A DNA stretch of 64,000 nucleotides from Thermodesulfobacteriota bacterium (GTDB taxonomy: Bacteria > Desulfobacterota > Desulfobacteria > Desulfobacterales > SURF-7): assembly GCA_049320885.1 (NCBI GenBank), contig JBMORA010000034.1, positions 1-64,000 of the forward strand, read 5' to 3'. Numbering within the stretch: position 1 is the first letter of the stretch; each line of letters starts with the position of its first letter. A model generated the notes under the pieces. The model made no database searches. It was given only the letters and a program-made list of their open reading frames with translations, and was not told the DNA's origin. A program made the position numbers and the translations under genes. Positions 10,369-19,106 of this stretch are shown piece after piece.

Positions 10369-10596
10369 CTAGTTTCAGCCGCTTTTGGCGGGTTTTTCTT
10401 GTTTCACGTCCTCGTCGGTGCCACCGGCACCGGAAGAGCCGCCGCCTCAACCGCTTTGGGAGCTACCTGCTCCGTTTTTGTGGCCGCCTCAGGCGCTATT
10501 ACCGGATGAGCAGCCATCCAGCGCAAAAGCAGATCCGGTGATCAGGCCGGCAACGCAAAAACCTGCAAGGATCTTTTTCAAGTCTTTACCATCCAT
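10369..10596 (-). CDS. sbtA: Selenocysteine-containing RiPP precursor (SbtA family), 75 aa with three UGA/Sec codons
   Basis: RBS AGGAG, then MDGKDLKKILAGFCVAGLITGSAFALDGCSSGNSA-U-GGHKNGAGSSQSG-U-GGGSSGAGGTDEDVKQEKPAKSG-U-N-TAG. UGAs at 10491-10489, 10449-10447 and 10377-10375. Absent from the ORF track. Confidence 0.87.
10416..10432 (-). promoter_or_regulatory. SECIS-like hairpin 2 (after UGA codon 50)
   Basis: mRNA CGGUGCC-GGU-GGCACCG at +15..+31 after the UGA; GGU at +22..+24. Confidence 0.75.
10459..10473 (-). promoter_or_regulatory. SECIS-like hairpin 1 (after UGA codon 36)
   Basis: mRNA GGAGC-AGGUA-GCUCC at +16..+30 after the UGA; GGU at +22..+24. Confidence 0.75.
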
Positions 10597-11053
10597 AACG
10601 GTCTCCTATCAGGTTAAGGTGAGATGCTGCCTCCCCCCTGGGCCGGGGTCGGGGTATGAAACCAAAACAACACGCTCCTCGGATGCATTGATTTTTTCTA
10701 TTGCTTTGTCTTTTGCGATTGAAAAAAGACATATCAGACCGGCTCATAACGGTCAATCCCGTTTTTTTAGATGAAAGGGTCTCGGTCAAACCCTGTCTCG
10801 ACACAACCGCTCGGATTTCAGGCCGAAGCTGCCTGGGCCGATCCCAAGGTCTTCTGGAGGGCCGAGACCACAGGGTAGGCCTGCCTGAATGTGCTGGCTC
10901 AAACCGGTCAACCCGATTCCCCGCTATATTGGGAAACGTCCTAACGGCCATGCCGTCTGCCAAACCGTCGACGATTACCTGATCGGCCTTTTCGGGACCA
11001 ACCCGGCCGGTTCCGAAAAACCGCCGGCAAAACCCCATTATGTCCTTTTTTGT

Positions 11054-11074
11054 TTCATACTATTTTGATATGAA
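11054..11074. promoter_or_regulatory. AT-rich inverted repeat, candidate Rrf2 operator
   Basis: TTCATA-CTATTTTGA-TATGAA, 60 nt upstream of the Rrf2 gene. Confidence 0.5.
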
Positions 11075-11133
11075 TAATCCGCTCCCCTGCAATGAGGATG
11101 CAACAGAATATCGAACAAAGGAGTCGCATTTCC

Positions 11134-11595
11134 ATGTTGGTAACGAAAAAGACCCAGTATACCCTTCGAGCCTTGCTGGAATTGGCAAAACAGTACGGCA
11201 ACGGTCCGATCAAAATTGCCGCTATCGCCGAAGCCCAATCCATACCCATGCGCTTTTTGGAGGTGATCCTGAATCAGTTGAAACCCACCGGCTGGCTGGT
11301 ATCCAAACGGGGGCATTACGGCGGCTACCAACTCTCCCGGCCACCGCAGCGCATCAACGTGGGGGATGTCATTCGGTTTCTGTCCCGCAACCACGGTTCG
11401 GAGTATTGCACCCTGAATGTCCGGCGCTTTGATTGCGGCCTGAATGGCGCATGCGCGTTTCTGCCCATGTGGCAAAAAGTCCAGGAATCCATGTTCGATG
11501 TGTTCGACCGCACGACGCTGGAGAACCTCATGGAAAATGAAAAAGTCGCCATGGAAGCGGAGGTGTCCGAAAAGGCCCTTAAACTATTAGGGTAA
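11134..11595 (+). CDS. Rrf2-family transcriptional regulator with three Cys (probable Fe-S ligands)
   Basis: YTLRALLELA, IPMRFLEVILNQLK, SKRGHYGGYQL, C-x8-C-x5-C; RBS AAGGAG before ATG 11134. Confidence 0.9.
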   Translation: MLVTKKTQYTLRALLELAKQYGNGPIKIAAIAEAQSIPMRFLEVILNQLKPTGWLVSKRGHYGGYQLSRPPQRINVGDVIRFLSRNHGSEYCTLNVRRFDCGLNGACAFLPMWQKVQESMFDVFDRTTLENLMENEKVAMEAEVSEKALKLLG

Positions 11596-11614
11596 CGTCA
11601 TATCACCTGCTCGA

Positions 11615-12757
11615 TCAAAATCGTTCAATCAGCTTGTCAATAATAAAGGAGCTTTCCCGCATGGCCTGTTCGCCAAACGGTCCGAACCATTCGGCAATTT
11701 TGTGGAACTGGCTTTTGAAGGCTTCCTTGTCCCCGTTTTCCAGCATTGCAAGATTGTTGGCCATGCTGTTGATATAGTCCTTGAGCAATGCCCGCCGCTC
11801 GGGTGTGGCAAAGATGATTTCCGCATACAGGGAGGCATCCTGAGCAAACAGCCGCCCGACCATACCCAATTCAAGGCGGTAAATGGGGCTTGAGAATTCA
11901 AGAGTCCGTGCCAGCGGAACCTTTCTGGCCGCCAGAAACTGTCCAAAGGCAAAGGTGGCGAAATGGCGGAGGGACTGGACAAACTCCATGATTTCATCAT
12001 GTTCGTCAGCATCGGACATGACCATAACAGCGCCCCACAGGGAAAACTGATCGATCACCCACTGGCAGGCAGCATCATCCCGGCCCGGAGTCGCCACGAC
12101 AATCTGCTTGTCCAGGGTCGATGTGGTGGGTCCGAACAAGGGATGCAATCCCAGGACCGGTCCGGGATGGGCATTCATCATGGCATCCAGGGGGACCCTC
12201 TTGATGCTGGTGACATCGGTGAGGACGGTTTCCGGCCGCAAATACGGGGCTATCTTCGCAATAACCTCCGCTGTCCGGTTAATGGAGACGGATATGATGC
12301 ACAGGTCAATACCCGCGCACAACGCTTCAATCTTCGGCCAGTCCCTGCTCCCCATGGAGCGGACCTCATATCCCGCGCTCTCGAAACAGTTGACAAAATA
12401 CCGGCCCATTTCACCGGTTCCACCGACAATCAGAACCTTGGCACCGGGTTTCACGGCCTTTCTGGCCATCTGTCCGGTCTGTTCCATGCGGGAACGGCGC
12501 ATGATAATCCGGTACAGCTCTTCAATATAGTCCGGGCATAAACCGGCGGCCCTGGCCTGCTGGCGCCGTGCCGATATGAGGTCTTCCTCTCTGGCCGGAT
12601 GATAGACCTGCAGGTTATGAGCCTTTTTCAATTCAACCACGTGCTCCACCTGCTGCTTACGCCGGGAGAGCAGATCCACCACCTGCCGGTCTATTGCATC
12701 GATCTTGTCACGCAAGGCCGACAACTCTGTCTGCCACGGCAATGAAACATCACTCAT
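11615..12757 (-). CDS. tyrA: Bifunctional chorismate mutase/prephenate dehydrogenase
   Basis: LRDKIDAIDRQVV CM domain; IVGGTGEMG, DVTSIK, LHPLFGP, FSSPIYRLEL, RLFAQDASLY. Confidence 0.93.
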   Translation of the reverse strand: MSDVSLPWQTELSALRDKIDAIDRQVVDLLSRRKQQVEHVVELKKAHNLQVYHPAREEDLISARRQQARAAGLCPDYIEELYRIIMRRSRMEQTGQMARKAVKPGAKVLIVGGTGEMGRYFVNCFESAGYEVRSMGSRDWPKIEALCAGIDLCIISVSINRTAEVIAKIAPYLRPETVLTDVTSIKRVPLDAMMNAHPGPVLGLHPLFGPTTSTLDKQIVVATPGRDDAACQWVIDQFSLWGAVMVMSDADEHDEIMEFVQSLRHFATFAFGQFLAARKVPLARTLEFSSPIYRLELGMVGRLFAQDASLYAEIIFATPERRALLKDYINSMANNLAMLENGDKEAFKSQFHKIAEWFGPFGEQAMRESSFIIDKLIERF

Positions 12758-12955
12758 TTTTCAACCCAATCCATTAAAAACACAGAATACATGTTTATGT
12801 TGTGCGTTTTCCAACAAATCGGCATCATATTCGTAAAGCCGCTTTTTATCAATACAGGTCATCTCAAAAAATTTGAAATTTCTTGCCGTTGTCATTGTTT
12901 TAGTAGTATGTTCGTGACCATCGATGATCAAAACACCCTAGGGGAGGACTCACCC

Positions 12956-14035
12956 ATGTCAATTCTCTACTCACAAGCCAGCCTCGGCCCGCTGACATTG
13001 AAAAACCGTCTGGTCATGGCGCCGATGACGCGCAGCCGGGCTACCGGCAATATTCCCAACACGCTGATGGCGGAGTACTACGCGCAACGCAGTTCAGCGG
13101 GGCTCATTATTGCGGAGGGCACCTCGCCCTCACCGAATGGCTTGGGTTATCCGCGAATACCGGGGATATTCACCCCGAACCAGGTCGAGGGGTGGAAACG
13201 CATTACCGATGCGGTGCATGCCGAAGGCGCCAAGATGTTCGTCCAGCTCATGCATTGCGGACGAATTGGCCATCCGCTGAACCTCCCTGCGGGAGCACGC
13301 GTGCTGGCGCCTTCAGCCGTGGCCGCCAGCGGCGAGATGTACACGGATACCGAGGGCATGAAACCGCTTCCCGTACCCCAGGCGATGACCGGGGACGATA
13401 TCAAGACCACCATCGCGGAGTTTGTTCAGGCCGCTAAAAATGCCGTAAAAGCCGGATTTGACGGCATTGAGTTGCACAGTGCGAATGGGTACCTGCTGGA
13501 ACAGTTCATCCGCCCGAATACAAATCGGCGGACAGATGACTATGGCGGTCCGATGGAGAACCGCGCGCGTTTCGTGCTGGAAGTAGTCGAGGCCGTGATT
13601 CGTGCCATCGGCAAGGACCTGGTGGGCATCCGGCTTTCGCCATACGGTGTGTTCAATGACATGCCGCTGTATGACACGATGGAGACGGATTACACCTATC
13701 TGGCGCAGCAACTCAACGCTCGCGGGTTGCTTTACATCCACCTCGTGGATCACTCGCCCATGGGCGCACCGCCGGTGCCTGATTCCATCAAGACGATATT
13801 CCGCAGGCTATTCAAGCGTGCGCTGATTCTATCCGGCGGTTACGACGCCGACCGCGCCGAAAGCGACCTGGTCGAAGGCAAATGCGATCTCATTGCCGTG
13901 GGGCGGCCTTTCATTGCGAACCCCGATTTATTGAAGCGCTGGCGAAGCGGCACGGCAGTAAATGTGCCGGATATGGCGACGTTCTACACACCAGGCCCCA
14001 AGGGTTATACCGACTACCCGCTGCTGAAAAAATAA
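12956..14035 (+). CDS. Old yellow enzyme family alkene reductase (NemA-like)
   Basis: NRLVMAPMTRSRA, YYAQR, GFDGIELHSANGYLLEQF, GRPFIANPDL, GYTDYP; RBS GGGGAGG before ATG 12956. Confidence 0.93.
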   Translation: MSILYSQASLGPLTLKNRLVMAPMTRSRATGNIPNTLMAEYYAQRSSAGLIIAEGTSPSPNGLGYPRIPGIFTPNQVEGWKRITDAVHAEGAKMFVQLMHCGRIGHPLNLPAGARVLAPSAVAASGEMYTDTEGMKPLPVPQAMTGDDIKTTIAEFVQAAKNAVKAGFDGIELHSANGYLLEQFIRPNTNRRTDDYGGPMENRARFVLEVVEAVIRAIGKDLVGIRLSPYGVFNDMPLYDTMETDYTYLAQQLNARGLLYIHLVDHSPMGAPPVPDSIKTIFRRLFKRALILSGGYDADRAESDLVEGKCDLIAVGRPFIANPDLLKRWRSGTAVNVPDMATFYTPGPKGYTDYPLLKK

Positions 14036-14058
14036 ATTCTCCCTTTTCGTGGCATGAC

Positions 14059-14160
14059 GAGCCGTTGAAGAAGGGGATGTCGGAATTGAGGAGCGATTTT
14101 GGTCCGGGCTATCGCATTAGTACGATCTTCAATTTCGGACATCAAACCATCATGTTGCAA
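14059..14160 (+). pseudogene. Fragment of a RelE/ParE-type addiction-module toxin gene
   Basis: Translates EPLKKGMSELRSDFGPGYRI, matching the G(V/I)SELRIDxGPGYRVY motif of that toxin family; no start codon or N-terminus. Confidence 0.55.
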
Positions 14161-14785
14161 ATCGCCCTTCTTAATATTTTTCTCTTAAGCAACGGGTGTA
14201 AGATACCCAGGTCTCTTCTATCAGCCAGCGGGTAAAAAATGATTGACACCACAGTTGGAATTATATATGGCAACTAGTAGAGTGGCCACAACAGCCATAA
14301 TACCAAAAATCGCCGAAAGATATTCGAAATGGGAACTTATCGAAGTTTAACTTAAGTTTCTGTGATCTATCGCATACTGCTTTGTCTGCAGTTTTTTTGG
14401 TTTTTACTTATTAGACACGATCTGCGAAATCGACCCAATCTATTATTTCTATTTAATATTTGATTACATCCGGATGGATTGCATCTTGTTTTGATTTTTT
14501 CTTTCGCTGGAAACGACGAATTGCGAAATTGACGAAAAAGAAAGAATCGTCAGACAATCGGTTTCAGGATTGGACATACATCATTCACGATTCCGAATAG
14601 ACATCCATAATTTGCAAAATGGTGTAACGTACCGAAAAGAAGCCTATTCATTAAATAGTCTCGTTGGAACGCGAATGTAAACCGTTGGAGTCCTTTCCCA
14701 CTTCGCTGTTTTCGATTTTGACTCCAAAACGCGATCTTGAACGAAAAACATTTTCTCATATGAATTCTAATATATAAGGAGCAAA

Positions 14786-15577
14786 ATGAAACCTCAAGGA
14801 ATAATACTATCGATTGTATCTTTTTTCCTTGTGGCCTCGACGCCGGTAAATGCCAATGAATACACTGTGACGCCACGGGTTTGGTTCTCTTCGTACACCA
14901 TCAGCGAACAAGAAAACGATTCGGCCGCAGTATGCAACGATTTACAGATGCTGTTGTATGGCATGACGGTTGCCATGAAACCAGATATATTTCGCAGTAC
15001 AGATGTTTTGCTTTCACTGTATGGGGGCAGCGGCGATGCTCAGGCTCTTGAAGCGGACCCACCATGGTCAACAGAACAGCGACAAGACCTTGATCGTGTG
15101 GATATCGAGTTGTTTGTTCGTCACCATATCGGGAGTGAAAAAATATGGTATTTTGGATGGGGGGGCAGATATATCATGGTTGATTCTACCAGAGATACTT
15201 CCATGGGGGATGAGGAATATTACTCCGACGAAGCTGCGGAACCCTATCTGTGGAAATCAGAACAGCGGATATTGCTTGGGGAGGTCGGAATCGGATTTTC
15301 CAAAGCGATTAGCGATAATGCAGAACATATTTTGTTTGGAAACTGTTTGGCGGGGTTCGGACGGGAAGAATCGAAATTCAAAAATCCCCACTCTAGTTAC
15401 TCCGGTAGTACCAGTGATACGGAAACTATCTTTTCCGCGGATATCAATATCGGGTATATGTATCAATTCAGCAAACAGTTCTCGGGAAATATCCGTTGGC
15501 GCAATTTCATTATCAAATCTGATATCAGAGAAGTAGATATTTGGGGACCCGAAATCGGAATCGCCATACATTTTTAA
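14786..15577 (+). CDS. Hypothetical secreted protein, probable outer-membrane beta-barrel
   Basis: Strong RBS TAAGGAG, signal peptide, amphipathic strands rich in aromatic residues, C-terminal GPEIGIAIHF. Confidence 0.7.
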   Translation: MKPQGIILSIVSFFLVASTPVNANEYTVTPRVWFSSYTISEQENDSAAVCNDLQMLLYGMTVAMKPDIFRSTDVLLSLYGGSGDAQALEADPPWSTEQRQDLDRVDIELFVRHHIGSEKIWYFGWGGRYIMVDSTRDTSMGDEEYYSDEAAEPYLWKSEQRILLGEVGIGFSKAISDNAEHILFGNCLAGFGREESKFKNPHSSYSGSTSDTETIFSADINIGYMYQFSKQFSGNIRWRNFIIKSDIREVDIWGPEIGIAIHF

Positions 15578-15622
15578 TAACATACGCCATTATTAAGCAG
15601 TAATGAGTGATGAACTCCCGCA

Positions 15623-16525
15623 ATGTCCACACCTGTAACATACAAACGATTTATCTCAAACAGTGGGCTGCTGGTGGTTTCATTCTTGTTGATCATTGGG
15701 TGTAATAAATGGTCAACTGATTTCAATCAGGAAGGAAAAATCAAGAATATCGCCCTGGTAATTGGAAATGGTGGATATCTGCACACCCCCCCCCTGGGAA
15801 ACCCCAAAAACGATGCGCAAGATATAGGAGAAGCTTTGCGGATAGTAGAATTTGATGTCATCGAAGGTTTCGACCTGGATTCGGAACATATGAAAGAGAA
15901 ATTAAGCAAGTTCTATTCAAGCCTGGAGGGAGCGGAGGTAGGGCTGTTTTTCTATGCTGGCCATGGCCTACAGGTTTCGGGGAGAAACTTTCTAATTCCA
16001 GTCGATGCAAAATTTGATGACGATTTGGTTGGACTCTCGGGCACACTCGAAGAGCAGGCCATTGAATTAAACGAAATCGTAAGAGTTTTGGGAGAAAAGG
16101 CTAAAACCAGCATCGTTTTTTTGGATGCATGCCGTGACAACCCGTTAACAGCTGAATTGGGAAAAAACGCGGAAAGTCGTGGGGTAATAACTGTTCCTAG
16201 AATGAACAGGCGTGGGAGATCAATAGCCTCAGCAGAAATACGGCGTGGCTTGGCAGAGTTGGAAGCGGGCTCAAGCATGAATATGTTTATCGCCTACGCG
16301 ACTCAACCGGGAAACATCGCCTTGGACGGTATCGGTCGTAATAGCCCGTTTTCGGATGCTTTGAAACGTTTTCTCGTTGTTCCAGGCCTTGAGCTGCGGC
16401 AGGTTTTGACGCAAGTTCGCAAAGAAGTAATTGCCAAAACTCAAAACAAGCAGGTCCCTTGGGATCATGCCTCGTTAACCGAACGTTTTTACTTTATCAA
16501 ACAAATGGAGGCACCACCTCCATGA
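15623..16525 (+). CDS. Caspase-family (peptidase C14) protein, probable lipoprotein
   Basis: ALVIGNGGY, LGNPKNDA, FFYAGHG (catalytic His), LDACRDNP (catalytic Cys), NSPFS, KQVPW; lipobox-like IIGC. Confidence 0.9.
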   Translation: MSTPVTYKRFISNSGLLVVSFLLIIGCNKWSTDFNQEGKIKNIALVIGNGGYLHTPPLGNPKNDAQDIGEALRIVEFDVIEGFDLDSEHMKEKLSKFYSSLEGAEVGLFFYAGHGLQVSGRNFLIPVDAKFDDDLVGLSGTLEEQAIELNEIVRVLGEKAKTSIVFLDACRDNPLTAELGKNAESRGVITVPRMNRRGRSIASAEIRRGLAELEAGSSMNMFIAYATQPGNIALDGIGRNSPFSDALKRFLVVPGLELRQVLTQVRKEVIAKTQNKQVPWDHASLTERFYFIKQMEAPPP

Positions 16526-16855
16526 TAGGTATTATCTTACCAAAATGGGCGATGGCACTAACAACACTCCGGACGATGAATCGCAAACCTGGAGAAATCC
16601 GGATGTGTTACAGGGCGGCCAGGCTGAAGCGGTGTACAGATGATGTTGGATTTGCGGTAATTTGGCGGTCGGCGATGAATTCCGTGACGTTATCGGCGAC
16701 ATCTTCCAGGCTATCCGGCGAAATATGGATTTCCAATTGCCTTCCGCTCTGGCTTTTTAGGTGCAATACCCCTTCCGCTTCAGTATAACCGCTGTTTCTC
16801 CCAACTCAGGTCTATTTTCAGGTAACTTTATGGAACGTCTGATCGCTACAACTTT

Positions 16856-17314
16856 TTATCCTTTCTTCGGCCCCTGTTTCAGGAAGTAAACGAAATACCC
16901 TGCAAAAACCAGATCGCCGGTGGCGCCGCCCACCACCAGGATGGTGGCGCGGTCGCAGCCGAAGAAATAGATGTAGTACCAGACCAGGGCCACGAGGGTT
17001 TTGGTGATGATACCCAGAATAAGGATGCCCGGGTTCTTGTCGATGTCGCTGGCCACGATCAGGTAGCCGATGCCGAAAATCATCACCGCTCCCCAGAACA
17101 TGGAATTCAGGAACAGGGTATGAAAATCCGATGTGTGGATGCCGTAGAAGAGGCGGAGGCTCAGGTCGGACAGGAAGATGCCGGGGATGGCGCCGGAAAA
17201 ATTCCACAGGGCGGCGATGAGGAAGAATTTTTTCCAGGTGTCCGGGTCCCAGGCGGTGGGGTTGAGTTTTCCCTGGATGGTCTCCAGTTTGGCTTTCAGA
17301 TCGGTGGCGTTCAT
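16856..17314 (-). CDS. Hypothetical membrane protein (about 4 TM)
   Basis: Four hydrophobic segments, host-like GC3, RBS-like AGGGA. Confidence 0.7.
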   Translation of the reverse strand: MNATDLKAKLETIQGKLNPTAWDPDTWKKFFLIAALWNFSGAIPGIFLSDLSLRLFYGIHTSDFHTLFLNSMFWGAVMIFGIGYLIVASDIDKNPGILILGIITKTLVALVWYYIYFFGCDRATILVVGGATGDLVFAGYFVYFLKQGPKKG

Positions 17315-17625
17315 GGCGGCGGCTCTTTCCCTGTTGATGGTCGCGGGTCATTCCATTTCGTGATGAAAATCTCTTTTCTTCATAGCCTACAATTCTTTCC
17401 TTTGTCAAATATTGTTGACGATGTCACAATTTTTCATATGGTTATGCGCCTGATTCCGTCGTCTGAATTCTCCAGGAAACGGTTTTTGCTTTTCTCCCTG
17501 AACTCTGTGCTTCTGGAACGACGGAGTGTTGACTGTCACATTGTTTTTTTATCATACAAGTTTAATTTTTGATAAAACCGTACAAAACCCTTTTGAAGAA
17601 GGCAAGTTTTTACCAGCCGAGGACG

Positions 17626-18510
17626 CTATAAAGGATTCACCACGGCCCGGGCGATGCCGGCCCAGGGAAAGATCCGCTGACCGCTGCGCGCGCCGGTGAA
17701 ATAGCGTCTCCCCAGCGCCGGCATGGCGTCGTGGGTCACCCGGCCAAACCCCCGCCGGGTCAGAAAATCCGCCACCTCCGCCTCGTCGATGCCGAAGGTC
17801 GCCGGCTCGCCCCTTTTCCGGATGGCCTTGACGAAACGCCGGGTTTCCTCGGTTTCCGCTTGGCGGCCGTCGATGACGGACCGGTGCAGGTAGCTCATGA
17901 TCAGGGAGCTGCCCGGAGCGGAATGCCCGGCCATGAACGCCAGGGTCTCGTCCACGGCCGCGGCGGTCAGGTAAGTCACCACGCCTTCCCAGATGAACAG
18001 GGTCTTCTTGTCATTGCCATACCCGGCGGCATACAGCTTCCGGCCCGGTTTCTCCTGGTCGAAATCCACGGCCACATAGGTTACATGATCCGGCAGGGAC
18101 CCCATGGCTTTGCGAACCCGGTTCTGTTTCTCCTGCTGGGTGGCAGGATGGTCCACTTCGAATACCCGGACGCCGGCCGCAAGGGCTGGAAAACGGTAAG
18201 CCCGGGAGTCCAGGCCGGCTCCCAGGATCACCAATTGCTCCAGTCCCTCGTCCAGGCAAACCTGCAACCGGTCGTCAATGTAGCGGGTGCGCGTGAGAAC
18301 CAGTCCGGGCATTCCCGGTGCCTGACGCTCGGAATATCTATGCCCCAGAGTCCTCAGAAAACCGGTTGCTACAATGGTTTGAAGCGCCGGGCTGACCAGT
18401 CTGCATGCCAGGTAGTCGTTGCAGACGCGTTCATCCGCCGGCCGCATGGCCTCGGCTGCTCGCCAGGCCGCCACGATTTCCGCCGTGCGGCTGAATTGTT
18501 TTGGTTTCAT
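17626..18510 (-). CDS. SAM-dependent methyltransferase (LCM/TIGR00027-like)
   Basis: SRTAE...RA, RTRYIDD, QLVILGAGLDSRAYR, FEVDHPATQ, FIWEGVVTYL; RBS GAGGAG before ATG 18510. Confidence 0.9.
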   Translation of the reverse strand: MKPKQFSRTAEIVAAWRAAEAMRPADERVCNDYLACRLVSPALQTIVATGFLRTLGHRYSERQAPGMPGLVLTRTRYIDDRLQVCLDEGLEQLVILGAGLDSRAYRFPALAAGVRVFEVDHPATQQEKQNRVRKAMGSLPDHVTYVAVDFDQEKPGRKLYAAGYGNDKKTLFIWEGVVTYLTAAAVDETLAFMAGHSAPGSSLIMSYLHRSVIDGRQAETEETRRFVKAIRKRGEPATFGIDEAEVADFLTRRGFGRVTHDAMPALGRRYFTGARSGQRIFPWAGIARAVVNPL

Positions 18511-18616
18511 AATCAATCTCCTCATGCTCCCCGCTTGACAACGCCGCGCCTTTTTGCGCAAATGCCCATATGATCCGGTTCCAAAAACATCCGGTTTCGA
18601 CCCAAAAGGAGGAGTT

Positions 18617-19105
18617 GTGATCCATCTTCGCAGACATAAGGGCGGCATCCTTGCAGCAGCGGCGCTGATTCTGGTCGTCTGGGGCTGCTATCCCAAGGCC
18701 GTGGGTCCCGCTGGTCCCGGCGGACAGCGGTTGACCTGGCCCGAAATGGACCTGGCCCAGCGCAAAGAGCACATGAAAACGGAAATCCTGCCCCGGGCCG
18801 CCGCGCTTTTCAAATCCTGGCGGCCCGAACGCTTTGGCGAAACCGACTGCCGCCTGTGCCATGGCCGGGGAGTATTCACCGCCAATTTCAAGATGCCCAC
18901 CGCCGAACTTCCCCGACTCAGCGGCGAACTGCTCCTGGGACCCGAATTCGCCAAGCATCCGGAAACGACCCGGCTGAAGCTGGACCGACTGGTTCCCATG
19001 ATGTCCGAGGCCCTGGGTCTGCGGTCCTTCAGCATCGTCACCCACAGCGGTTTCGGCTGCTACTCCTGCCACCTGGGCCCCGAAGGCCCCCTGTTCGGCA
19101 ACTGA
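18617..19105 (+). CDS. Diheme c-type cytochrome, probable lipoprotein
   Basis: CRLCH and CYSCH motifs; signal peptide with VVWGC; RBS AGGAGG before GTG 18617. Confidence 0.78.
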   Translation: MIHLRRHKGGILAAAALILVVWGCYPKAVGPAGPGGQRLTWPEMDLAQRKEHMKTEILPRAAALFKSWRPERFGETDCRLCHGRGVFTANFKMPTAELPRLSGELLLGPEFAKHPETTRLKLDRLVPMMSEALGLRSFSIVTHSGFGCYSCHLGPEGPLFGN

Positions 19106-19106
19106 T

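Noticed and set aside
10385..10774. 129-aa plus-strand Pro-rich ORF and the overlapping 150-aa minus ORF 10586..11038
   Set aside because: The first is largely the antisense shadow of sbtA. Neither has a convincing RBS or recognisable motifs.
14236..14785. Long AT-rich intergenic region examined for a riboswitch, tRNA or selC
   Set aside because: No cloverleaf or recognisable riboswitch consensus was seen by eye. An Rfam/Infernal scan would be needed to exclude one.
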